This document shows positions 19,700 to 28,202 of a stretch of DNA of 64,000 bases, piece by piece. The notes below the pieces were generated by a model that was given only the letters and a program-made list of their open reading frames with translations, was not told the origin of the DNA and searched no databases. Each line of letters starts with the position of its first letter. Within the stretch, counting starts at the first letter, position 1. The stretch comes from an uncultured delta proteobacterium. GTDB taxonomy: Bacteria; Desulfobacterota; Binatia; DP-6. The stretch covers positions 1,600,001 through 1,664,000 of the forward strand of contig CAWFFN010000005.1 in NCBI GenBank assembly GCA_963815115.1, written 5' to 3'. The translations under genes and the position numbers were made by a program.

Positions 19700-20088
19700 C
19701 CCGCGTCTTCCCAGAAGATGGCGGCGGCGCCCAGGAGCCTGTCGGGGACGGCGATCAAGGGGATCGCCGTCGCCTGGATGTGCCGGCGTACGCCGTCGAT
19801 CCCCCTCAGCCAGCAGTCGCCATGCGCTGGCCGGCGCTGCACGATCGCCACCGTCAGGGGGATGGCCTCCGGAGCGAGCGCGACACCGTGGGCGTCCGAG
19901 AGCTCCCAGCACGCGGCCAGCTCGGTTGCGGACATCTCGCCCGTCTCGTCGAACCGCCTCCCGAGTATCCGCTCCGCGGGCTCGTTGTAGAAGAGGAGCG
20001 TACCCTCGGCATCCACGATGAAGATCGGCATGACGAGGCTGCTCGCGAGCTGCCGCATGAGGATGACCTCGATCGGTTTCTGCTGCAT
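19696..20088 (-). CDS. Stand-alone PAS domain protein
   Basis: IFIVDAEGTLLFYNEPAERILG, a PAS signature. Confidence 0.85.
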   Translation of the reverse strand: MQQKPIEVILMRQLASSLVMPIFIVDAEGTLLFYNEPAERILGRRFDETGEMSATELAACWELSDAHGVALAPEAIPLTVAIVQRRPAHGDCWLRGIDGVRRHIQATAIPLIAVPDRLLGAAAIFWEDAG

Positions 20089-20211
20089 GGCTCACCTGCA
20101 CGCCGGTCTAGACCTTCTGCTAGCAGGCCCGCGGCGCTTCGGCCACCCGGTCACACGGGGGGCGGAGGCCGAGGCTTGCGCGAGGATCGAGAAAAGCCGG
20201 ATACGTTCCAG

Positions 20212-21267
20212 ATGGACCTCGGCATCGCGCTCGCTCCCGCCGCGGACGCCTGGAAGACCGTCCAGCGCGCCGAGGCGCTCGGCTTCTCGCACGCGTGGCT
20301 CTACGACACGCAGCTCCTGTGCGCGGACGTCTTCGTCGCGATGGCGCTGGCGGCCGCCAACACGCGGCGCATCACGATCGGCCCCGGCGTGCTGGTGCCG
20401 ACCAACCGCATCGCGCCGGTGGCGGCGAACGGGCTCGCCTCGCTCAGCAAGCTCGCGCCCGGGCGGATCGCGCTCGGTATCGGCACGGGCTTCACGGCGC
20501 GACTCACCATGGGCCTCGGCCCGATGAAGCTGTCGGCGCTCCGCGAGTACCTGGACGTCGTCCGCGGTCTCCTGCGCGGCGAGACGATCGAGTGGTTGCA
20601 CGAGGGGACGCGGCGCAAGATCCGATTTCTCAACCCCGAGGCCGGCCTGATCGACATCGCGCCACCGATCCCGGTCCATCTTTCCGCGTTCGCTCCCAAA
20701 GCACGCGCGATGGCGGCGCGCGAGTGTGACGGCTGGATGAACTTCATCGCGGTGCTGCCGGTGGCGCTTCACGAGGTCGCCGAGATGACCGCCGCGTGCC
20801 GGACGGCCGGCCGCGCACCGGAGACGCTCTACAAGACCGGCTTCACGCTCGGCTGCGTGCTCCGTCCCGGCGAGGCGCCCGACAGCCCGCGCGCCCGCGC
20901 GCAGGCGGGGCCGCTGGCCGCCGTGTTCTTCCACGGGCTCATGGAAGGTTCGCTCCGGTCCTCGATGCTGCCGCCCGAGCTCCAGGCGACTGCCGAGGCG
21001 TACCGCAAGGTCTACGAGAGCTACGAGCCGGCCGACGCGCGCTACCTCCGCCTGCACACCGGTCATCTCATGTGGGTCCGCCCCGAGGAGGAGCGCTTCG
21101 TCACCGGTGATCTGATCCGCCTCTCCACGTTCACCGGCACGCGCGAGGAGCTGATCGATCGCGTCCGGATGCTGCGCGACGCCGGCTATCAGCAGCTCGC
21201 CATCCAGCTCGTGCCCGGTCATGAGGACGCGATGCGGGATTGGATGGAGGTCTTCAGCCGCGCGTGA
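20212..21267 (+). CDS. LLM-class (luciferase-like) flavin/F420-dependent oxidoreductase
   Basis: AEALGFSHAWLYD, TRRITIGPGV and APGRIALGIGTG. Confidence 0.9.
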   Translation: MDLGIALAPAADAWKTVQRAEALGFSHAWLYDTQLLCADVFVAMALAAANTRRITIGPGVLVPTNRIAPVAANGLASLSKLAPGRIALGIGTGFTARLTMGLGPMKLSALREYLDVVRGLLRGETIEWLHEGTRRKIRFLNPEAGLIDIAPPIPVHLSAFAPKARAMAARECDGWMNFIAVLPVALHEVAEMTAACRTAGRAPETLYKTGFTLGCVLRPGEAPDSPRARAQAGPLAAVFFHGLMEGSLRSSMLPPELQATAEAYRKVYESYEPADARYLRLHTGHLMWVRPEEERFVTGDLIRLSTFTGTREELIDRVRMLRDAGYQQLAIQLVPGHEDAMRDWMEVFSRA

Positions 21268-21396
21268 GGCGTGCCGGGCGGCCGCACGGCGGATCGCTCC
21301 GCAATTTGACCGTTCGAGCAGTCTTCATTGCGTTCCGCGCGAGCGCCAGGGATGTTGCTGACTGCGCTCGCTCGCGGGGCGCCGACAGAGGGCCTC

Positions 21397-24300
21397 ATGC
21401 CGACCACCACCCGAACCGCGCCCCTCCGCATCCTCACGGCCGTGCTCGCCTCGCTCGTTGCCGGCGGCGTCGCGAGCGCAGAGAGCTTCGTCAACTTCGA
21501 GAGCGGGCAGGTGCGCCCGCTCGCCATGTCACCCGACGGGACGCGGCTCTTCGCGGTCAACACGCCGGACAACCGGCTCGAGATCTTCACGCTCGACGCC
21601 GCGGGACTCGCGCGGACGGGCTCCGTGCCGGTCGGCCTCGAGCCGATCGCCGTGGCCGCCCGGAACGACGGCGAGGTCTGGGTCGTGAACCTGCTCTCCG
21701 ACTCGGTGAGCATCGTCGACGTCGCCTCCTCGCCGCCGCGGGTCGTGCGCACGCTGCTCACCTGCGACGAGCCGCACGACATCGTGTTCGCCGGCCCGGG
21801 CAACGGGCGCGCCTTCGTCACGACGGCGCGCCGCGGTCAGAACTGCCCGCTGGCGCTGAACCACAACGACGCGAGCACCCCGCGGGCCGTGGTCCAGGTC
21901 TACGACGCCGCCAACCTCGACGGCACGCTCGAAGGCACGCCGATCGCGAACGTCGAGCTCTTCGGGGACACGCCGCGCGCGCTCGCCCGGAGCGCCGACG
22001 GCAACACCGTCTACGCCGCGATCTTCCAGTCCGGCAACGAGACGACGACCATCGGCGAGGGCGCGGTGTGCAACGGCGGCGCGGCGGCCTCGGCCTGCGG
22101 GGCGTTCCTCCAGTTCCCCGGCGGCCTGCCGGCGCCGAACACGAACGTCGAGGGCGTCACCGGCCCGGAGGTCGGTCTCATCGCGCGCTTCGATGCGACC
22201 AGCGCGAGGTGGCTCGACGCGGCCGGCCGCGACTGGAGCGGCGCCGTCACGTTCGATCTCCCCGACCTCGACGTCTTCGCGATCGATGCGTCGGCCGCGG
22301 TGCCCGTGCAGACCGCCAGCTTCGCGCACGTCGGCACGGTCCTCTTCGACATGGTCACGAATCCGGTGTCGGGTAGGGTCTACGTGAGCAACACGGAGGC
22401 CCGGAACGAGGTCCGCTTCGAGGGCTTCGGCACCACCTTCGGGAACACGACGGTGCAGGGGCACCTGCACGAGGCGCGCATCACCGTCCTCGACGGCGCG
22501 AGCGTGCTGCCGCGGCACCTGAACAAGCACATCGACTACGCGCAGCGCCCGGCGCCGCCGGGCGTGAAGGAGAGGAGCCTCGCGACCCCGGTGGGCCTCG
22601 CGGTCACGAGCGACGGCGCGACGCTCTACGTCGCCGCCTTCGGCTCGTCCAAGATCGGCGTCTTCAGCACCGCCGCGCTCGAGAGCGACACCTTCGTTCC
22701 CGATGCGAGCAGCCACATCGCGGTCAGCGGCGGCGGTCCGACCGGGCTCGTGCTCGACGAGGCGCGCGGCCGCCTCTACGTGCTGACGCGCTTCGACGAC
22801 TCCATCTCGGTCGTGAACACCAGCCTGGCGATGGAGGAAGCGCACGTCCCGCTCCACACGCCCGAGCCTGCGGTCATCCTGAAGGGACGGCGGTTCCTCT
22901 ACGACGCCACGGCGACGTCGAGCAACGGCGAAGCCTCGTGCTCGAGCTGCCACGTCTTCGGCGACCTCGACAGCCTCGCCTGGGACCTCGGGGACCCGGA
23001 CGGCGTCGTGCTCGACAACCCGATCCCGGTGAAGATCCCGGCGCTCAACATCAGCGCGGACTTCCATCCGTTGAAAGGGCCGATGACGACGCAGAGCCTG
23101 CGCGGCATGGCGCACAACGGCTCGATGCACTGGCGCGGCGATCGGACGGGCGGCAACGACCCGGGCGGCGATCCGTTCGACGAGGAGGCCGCGTTCAAGA
23201 AGTTCAACGTCGCCTTCCCCGGCCTGGTCGGCAACGACGCCGAGCTCAGCGACGCCGACATGCAGGCGTTCACGGACTTCATCCTGACGGTCACGTATCC
23301 GCCGAACCCAATCCGCCGGCTCAACAACACGCTCGCCGGCGCCGAGCAGGCGGGGCACGACCTGTTCTTCGGCCGCGTGACCGACGTGCTCTTCAACTGC
23401 GACGGCTGCCACACCCTCGATCCGGCCACGAAGCAGTTCGGGACCAGCGCCTTCAGCACCTTCGAAGGCGAGACCCAGATGTTCAAGGTGCCGCACCTGC
23501 GCAACGCCTACACCAAGATCGGCATGTTCGGCCGGCCGACCGACGCGCCGCGCGGGCCGCAGATCCGTGGCTTCGGCTTCCTGCACGACGGCAGCATCGA
23601 CACGATCCGCCGCTTCCTCGGCTCGAGCGTCTTCAGCCTGACGGGGATGGAGCAGAACCAGCTCGAGCGCTTCGTGCTGGTCATGGACTCGGACCTGAAC
23701 CCGATCGTCGGCCAGCAGGTGACGCTCTCCGCGACCAACGCCCCGGTCGTCGGGCCGCGGCTCGATCTCATGCTCCAGCGTGACGACGCGCTCGAGTGCG
23801 AGGTGGTCGTGAAGGGCACCATCGGGGGCGAGGCGCGGGGCGGCCATCGCCTGCCCGACGGCACCTTCCAGATGGATCGGGCCGGCGACGTCCGCGCCGA
23901 GGCGGCTCTGCGCGCCCTCGCCGCGACCCCCGGGCAGGAGCTCACCTACACGTGCGCGCCGCCCGGCTCCGGCGCCCGCATGGGCGTCGACCGCGACGAG
24001 GACGGCGTGCTCGATCGCGACGAGCTCGACGTGGGCAGCGATCCGGCCGACGCCGCGCGCGTTCCCGAGGCGCCGGTCCTGGCGAGCGCGATCGGGTTGA
24101 AGGACGACGCGACGCCCCCGATCGACCCGGGCAAGCGGACGTTGAAGTTCCGCTCGAGCCCCCACAAGGGCACGCCGAGCGGGGTGGTGGTGCCGGCTTT
24201 CGGGAGCGACGGCGATCCGACGTCGCAGGGCGCCGCCGGAGGCGGTGCTCAGGTCACCGTCCACGGGGGCGCGCCGGGGAATCCGGTGCTGACGCTGTCG

Positions 24301-24621
24301 CTGCCCGCCGCGGGCTGGACGCGGTCGGGAAGCGCGACCAAGCCGGGGTACAAGTACGCCGACAAGCGGAACACGAACGGGCCGATCACTTCGGTCTCGC
24401 TCAGCGGCGGCAAGCTGAAGGTCCGCGGCCGCGGCGCAGCGCTCTACTCCCTGGCGCAGGCGCCGTACGGCTCGATGACCGTGCGGCTCGAGGTCGGTGC
24501 GCGGACCGGCTTCTGCGCCGTCGCCCCGGCCAAGGACCCCGACGACCGCAACGACACGCCCGCGAAGTTCGAGGGCGAGCGGAACATGCCGGCACCGAGC
24601 CGGTGTCCGCCGCTGCCGTGA
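21397..24621 (+). CDS. Secreted YncE/YVTN beta-propeller protein with two c-type heme motifs and a C-terminal accessory domain
   Basis: Signal peptide, propeller repeats (LAMSPDGTRLFAVN, PVGLEP, LAVTSDGATLYV), CSSCH and CDGCH, KVPHLRN, GFLHDGS and a DRDEDGVLD Ca-binding-like loop. Confidence 0.88.
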   Translation: MPTTTRTAPLRILTAVLASLVAGGVASAESFVNFESGQVRPLAMSPDGTRLFAVNTPDNRLEIFTLDAAGLARTGSVPVGLEPIAVAARNDGEVWVVNLLSDSVSIVDVASSPPRVVRTLLTCDEPHDIVFAGPGNGRAFVTTARRGQNCPLALNHNDASTPRAVVQVYDAANLDGTLEGTPIANVELFGDTPRALARSADGNTVYAAIFQSGNETTTIGEGAVCNGGAAASACGAFLQFPGGLPAPNTNVEGVTGPEVGLIARFDATSARWLDAAGRDWSGAVTFDLPDLDVFAIDASAAVPVQTASFAHVGTVLFDMVTNPVSGRVYVSNTEARNEVRFEGFGTTFGNTTVQGHLHEARITVLDGASVLPRHLNKHIDYAQRPAPPGVKERSLATPVGLAVTSDGATLYVAAFGSSKIGVFSTAALESDTFVPDASSHIAVSGGGPTGLVLDEARGRLYVLTRFDDSISVVNTSLAMEEAHVPLHTPEPAVILKGRRFLYDATATSSNGEASCSSCHVFGDLDSLAWDLGDPDGVVLDNPIPVKIPALNISADFHPLKGPMTTQSLRGMAHNGSMHWRGDRTGGNDPGGDPFDEEAAFKKFNVAFPGLVGNDAELSDADMQAFTDFILTVTYPPNPIRRLNNTLAGAEQAGHDLFFGRVTDVLFNCDGCHTLDPATKQFGTSAFSTFEGETQMFKVPHLRNAYTKIGMFGRPTDAPRGPQIRGFGFLHDGSIDTIRRFLGSSVFSLTGMEQNQLERFVLVMDSDLNPIVGQQVTLSATNAPVVGPRLDLMLQRDDALECEVVVKGTIGGEARGGHRLPDGTFQMDRAGDVRAEAALRALAATPGQELTYTCAPPGSGARMGVDRDEDGVLDRDELDVGSDPADAARVPEAPVLASAIGLKDDATPPIDPGKRTLKFRSSPHKGTPSGVVVPAFGSDGDPTSQGAAGGGAQVTVHGGAPGNPVLTLSLPAAGWTRSGSATKPGYKYADKRNTNGPITSVSLSGGKLKVRGRGAALYSLAQAPYGSMTVRLEVGARTGFCAVAPAKDPDDRNDTPAKFEGERNMPAPSRCPPLP

Positions 24622-24651
24622 AGCGGTAGCACGGCAGCGCCGGGGCGACGC

Positions 24652-25296
24652 CTACGCTGCCCGGCCCTCGAAGGGCGCCAGGTGGTCCGCGAGCGCCCTG
24701 CGGAACGCGGGCCGGCTCTCGCACCGTTCCCGATAGGCCTTCAGCGCCGGCGCGGCATCGACCAGATCGGTGTGGCGCAGGGCGCGGAGCACCGTCGTCA
24801 TCGCGAGGTCGCCGACGGTGAAGCGGCCTTCCAGGTAGTCACGATCGCCCAGCCAGACGGCGAGCTCGGCGAGCCGGCGTCTGACGGCCTCCTCCACGCC
24901 CGGCCGGCGCAGCCTCGCCCACTCCTGGTCGGCGAAGAAGAGATCGAGGCCGGCGAGCTGCTCGGTCACCACCTCCATCGTGTTGAGCGCGGCAAACAAC
25001 CAGCCCATCGCGCGCGCCCTCCCGGCCGCGTCGGCCGGGAGGAGCACGTCGCTCCGGGCGGCGACGTGGAGGAGGATCGCACCCGACTCGAAGAGCACGA
25101 GGCCGTCCTCCTCGAAGGTCGGCACCTGCCCGAACGGCTGCCGCGCGCGATAGTCGGCGGATGCCTGGACGTCCGGCCCGATCAACCGCGCCTGGTAGGG
25201 CAGGCCGGCCTCCTCGAGCGCCCACCGGACCCGGAGGTCGCGGACCAGGCCCTGCACGGGCGGCGGCACCCATCCGAAGGCGGTGATCGTGATCAC
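24652..25296 (-). CDS. Glutathione S-transferase family protein
   Basis: GTG start overlapping the DUF899 stop; VRDLRVRWALEE, QPFGQVP, LFESGAI, FTVGDL and RPAF. Confidence 0.92.
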   Translation of the reverse strand: MITITAFGWVPPPVQGLVRDLRVRWALEEAGLPYQARLIGPDVQASADYRARQPFGQVPTFEEDGLVLFESGAILLHVAARSDVLLPADAAGRARAMGWLFAALNTMEVVTEQLAGLDLFFADQEWARLRRPGVEEAVRRRLAELAVWLGDRDYLEGRFTVGDLAMTTVLRALRHTDLVDAAPALKAYRERCESRPAFRRALADHLAPFEGRAA

Positions 25297-26093
25297 GTCG
25301 CGTCGCTCCCGGCCGCGGCCGCGTGATGGACCGCGCACTCGCAGCTCGGCCGATGGTAGCGGCCGTTGCCTTCCACCATCCCGCCGCTGCCGTACATGTT
25401 GTTGGGCCGCACCCAGTCGGTCAAGCTTCGGAACGGCCCGTTCTCGTTCCGCCCCTTCGGCGTCACGTCGAGGTAGTCGTAGGCGCCGAGGAACTGCTCG
25501 CCGCCGCGCCCGTAAGTCGAGTAGGTGTGGAAGATCTGCCCCGTGTCGTCCTTCAAGAAGACGCTGTCGCCGGAGAGATCCTCGAGGGCCATGTTCGTGT
25601 AGCGATAGTTGTAGTAGGCGCGGCCGGCGGCGATCTCCTCGGGCCTGAAGGAGACGTGGAAGTCGTAGTTGAAGTCCGAGTGGTGGGACGAGACCCAGCG
25701 AAAGCGCCATCCCATCCGCGAGCGGACGGCCTCGATCTCGTCGATGGGGGCGCGCGCCACGGCGACGTAGCTCAGATCGTGGTTCTGTAGATGCACGAGC
25801 AGGCCCGCGACGTGATCGACCTCGAACGAGCAGCCGACGCACTGCGTGAGCTGGCCGGGTCCCATCATGAAGTGCTTGATGAAGAGCTGGCTCCGGCCGT
25901 CGAACAGATCGGCGAGGCTCACCTTGCCCTCCGGCGCGTCGAAGACGTACTCCTTCTCGACGCGAACCCACGGGAGTTCACGACGTTGCTGGTTGAGCTC
26001 GTCGCGCCTGTCCGTGAACGCCTTCTCCCGTTCCAGGAGCTGCACGCGCTCCTCGATCCACTCCGCCCGGGACACGATTCGGTGTGGCTGCAT
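25293..26093 (-). CDS. DUF899 family thioredoxin-like protein
   Basis: EKAFT..RRELPWV..Y.F, LADLFDGRSQL, CVGCSF, RMGW.F.WVSS..SDFN.DF, FHTYS.YGRG and LD.TP.GRNE. Confidence 0.9.
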   Translation of the reverse strand: MQPHRIVSRAEWIEERVQLLEREKAFTDRRDELNQQRRELPWVRVEKEYVFDAPEGKVSLADLFDGRSQLFIKHFMMGPGQLTQCVGCSFEVDHVAGLLVHLQNHDLSYVAVARAPIDEIEAVRSRMGWRFRWVSSHHSDFNYDFHVSFRPEEIAAGRAYYNYRYTNMALEDLSGDSVFLKDDTGQIFHTYSTYGRGGEQFLGAYDYLDVTPKGRNENGPFRSLTDWVRPNNMYGSGGMVEGNGRYHRPSCECAVHHAAAAGSDAT

Positions 26094-26095
26094 GG

Positions 26096-26263
26096 TCACT
26101 CCTCTCCTCTGCTGGCGCGGGTCGTGCGGAGCGTCGGCCGACGCTCCGCCGGGTCAGATCTCTTCCTGGCACGACGCCTGGTCGCGAGCAGCGCGGCCAG
26201 ACCTCCGGTCGAGGTCACGCCGGCCAGGGCCACCGCCACCGTCGAAATGCATGCAGGGCACAT
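26096..26263 (-). CDS. Small CxxC membrane peptide (55 aa, MCPACISTVAVALAGVTSTGGLAALLATRRRARKR...)
   Basis: Read manually because it is below the ORF-track cutoff. AAGGGAGA RBS, N-terminal CPAC, hydrophobic helix then basic stretch; the stop lies 2 nt before the DUF899 ATG. Confidence 0.65.
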   Translation of the reverse strand: MCPACISTVAVALAGVTSTGGLAALLATRRRARKRSDPAERRPTLRTTRASRGEE

Positions 26264-26285
26264 GGGCTTCTCCCTTCATGACCTC

Positions 26286-26312
26286 GTCGAACGGAGGGGG
26301 CTCGGATCGACA
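26286..26312 (-). promoter_or_regulatory. Candidate ECF42-type promoter
   Basis: TGTCGA-N17-CGAC on the minus strand, about 22 nt upstream of the small-ORF ATG; resembles the TGTCGA / CGA-or-CGTC motif recalled for ECF42 sigma factors. Confidence 0.45.
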
Positions 26313-26423
26313 GGCAGGTCGATGCCGGTCCAAGTCAGTTCCGGATGCCAGCCTCCGATGGGAGAGGCGGTCGATGAGCGCGGTGCTGCTGACTTCGCGG
26401 TACTGGTCGCCCTAGCTCCGCGC

Positions 26424-27608
26424 TCAGCGATCCCGGGTTGCGAGCGCGATCGCGCCATCGACCAGCACGCGGGTGCCGACCCGGAGCGGCTCCTCGTCGA
26501 TGTCGAAGGTCGGGCTGTGGTGCATGCCGCTCGAACCGTCGGAGCGCGCGCCGCCGAGCAGGAAGTAGCAGCCCGGCACGCGCGCGAGGAGCTCGCTCAC
26601 GTCGTCGCTCGGCGTGACGGGAAGGCCGGCGACCACGCCGCCCGCGCCGAGAGCCGCTTCGGCTGCGGACCGGACGAGACGGGTCGCCCCGGCATCGTTC
26701 ACCACCGCCGGCGCGTGCGCCGTGTAGCTGGTCTCGACGCCGACACCGTGCCGGTCGCCGAGAGCCCGGCAGATCGCCGCGAGCCGCTCGAGCGCCTCCG
26801 ACTTCTGCGCGGGGGTGAACGTGCGCAGGGTGCCCTCGATCACCGCCGTCGACGGCAGGACGTTCGACGCCGTCCCGGCATGCACCATGCCGGCCGAGCA
26901 GGCGGCTGGCGTTCCCTCGTGCTCCATGCCCGCGACGACGTCCGGCAGCGCGCGCACGAGGGCGGCCAGCGCGACGATCACGTTGCCCGGCGCGTCGGGC
27001 CCGGCGCCGTGGCCCCCCGGTCCGCGGAGCGTGAACCGCAGGCCCTGTCCGTCCGACATGGCGACCCCGGCGCGCAGCATCACGAGGCCGGCGGGCAGCA
27101 TCGACGACACGTGGCAGCCGACCACGCGTGCGGGCTGGACCGTGTCCAGCAACCCGCCCTCGAGCATGGCGCGCGCACCCGCGAGGCGTTCCTCGCCCGG
27201 CTGGAACACGAAGGCGTACCGTCCCGGCAACCGATCGGCACGCGCCGCGATGACCCGGGCCGCGCCCAGCAGCATGGCCGCGTGCGCGTCGTGGCCACAG
27301 GCGTGCATGCGGCCGCCGACCTCCGAGCGCCAGGGGTGCTCGACGGCCTCGTCGATCGGCAGCGCGTCGATGTCGGCCCGCAGGAGGACCGTGCGACCCG
27401 GCGCGCCTCCGTCGACCACGTACACGCCGCCGGTCAGGGTGGGACAGCGCCGTTCGTCGGCGCCGAGCGCGCGCATGCGCTCGCGGATCAGCGCCGTCGT
27501 CTCGTGCTCCTCGAAGGAGAGCTCGGGTCGGGCGTGCAGGTGCCGCCGGGTCTCGACGATCTCCGGGAACGCCTCGTCGACCAGATCGGCCACGGCTGCG
27601 TCCGCCAT
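26424..27608 (-). CDS. M20 family amidohydrolase (hippurate hydrolase-like)
   Basis: RRHLHARPELSFEE, LRADIDALP, MHACGHDAH, FQPGEE, GGHGA and HHSP.F. Confidence 0.92.
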   Translation of the reverse strand: MADAAVADLVDEAFPEIVETRRHLHARPELSFEEHETTALIRERMRALGADERRCPTLTGGVYVVDGGAPGRTVLLRADIDALPIDEAVEHPWRSEVGGRMHACGHDAHAAMLLGAARVIAARADRLPGRYAFVFQPGEERLAGARAMLEGGLLDTVQPARVVGCHVSSMLPAGLVMLRAGVAMSDGQGLRFTLRGPGGHGAGPDAPGNVIVALAALVRALPDVVAGMEHEGTPAACSAGMVHAGTASNVLPSTAVIEGTLRTFTPAQKSEALERLAAICRALGDRHGVGVETSYTAHAPAVVNDAGATRLVRSAAEAALGAGGVVAGLPVTPSDDVSELLARVPGCYFLLGGARSDGSSGMHHSPTFDIDEEPLRVGTRVLVDGAIALATRDR

Positions 27609-27731
27609 CCGTCGCTCTCTGCCACACGTGCGCCGAGCCGGTCCAGCCGCCGGCGCTGCCCGGGAAGCCGCTCGACAGATCGCCGGGCGCTCCATACATC
27701 CTCGAGCAGGCAGAACGGGGAGGCCCGGACG

Positions 27732-28202
27732 ATGGAAGAGGACATCGCGCTCGACGTGAACGGACGGACATGCCGGGTCCATGTCGATCCGAGCACGCCG
27801 CTGCTGTACGTCCTGCGGAACGACCTCGAGCTTCCGGGCGCGAAGTTCGGCTGCGGGCTCGAGCAGTGCGGGGCCTGCAAGGTGCTGGTCGACGGCGAGG
27901 CGTTGCCCACGTGCCGCGCCCCGGTCGCTTCGTTCCGCGGCCGCACCATCGTCACGATCGAAGGCATCGGCGACCCCGACCGCCTGCATCCGATCCAGCA
28001 GGCGTTCGTCGAGGAGGAAGCCGCCCAGTGCGGCTACTGCATTCCGGGCATGATCGTCGGCGCGAAAGCGCTGCTCGACCAGACCCCCGATCCGAGCGAC
28101 GACGAGATCCGCGCCGCGCTCGCCATCAACCTGTGCCGCTGCGGGACCCACGCTCGCATCCTGAAGGCGGTCCGCCGCGCGGCGCGGGCGATGCGGCCGT
28201 GA
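27732..28202 (+). CDS. (2Fe-2S)-binding small subunit of a xanthine-oxidase-family enzyme (IorA/CoxS-like)
   Basis: KFGCGLEQCGAC, AQCGYCIPG and NLCRCG. Confidence 0.93.
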   Translation: MEEDIALDVNGRTCRVHVDPSTPLLYVLRNDLELPGAKFGCGLEQCGACKVLVDGEALPTCRAPVASFRGRTIVTIEGIGDPDRLHPIQQAFVEEEAAQCGYCIPGMIVGAKALLDQTPDPSDDEIRAALAINLCRCGTHARILKAVRRAARAMRP

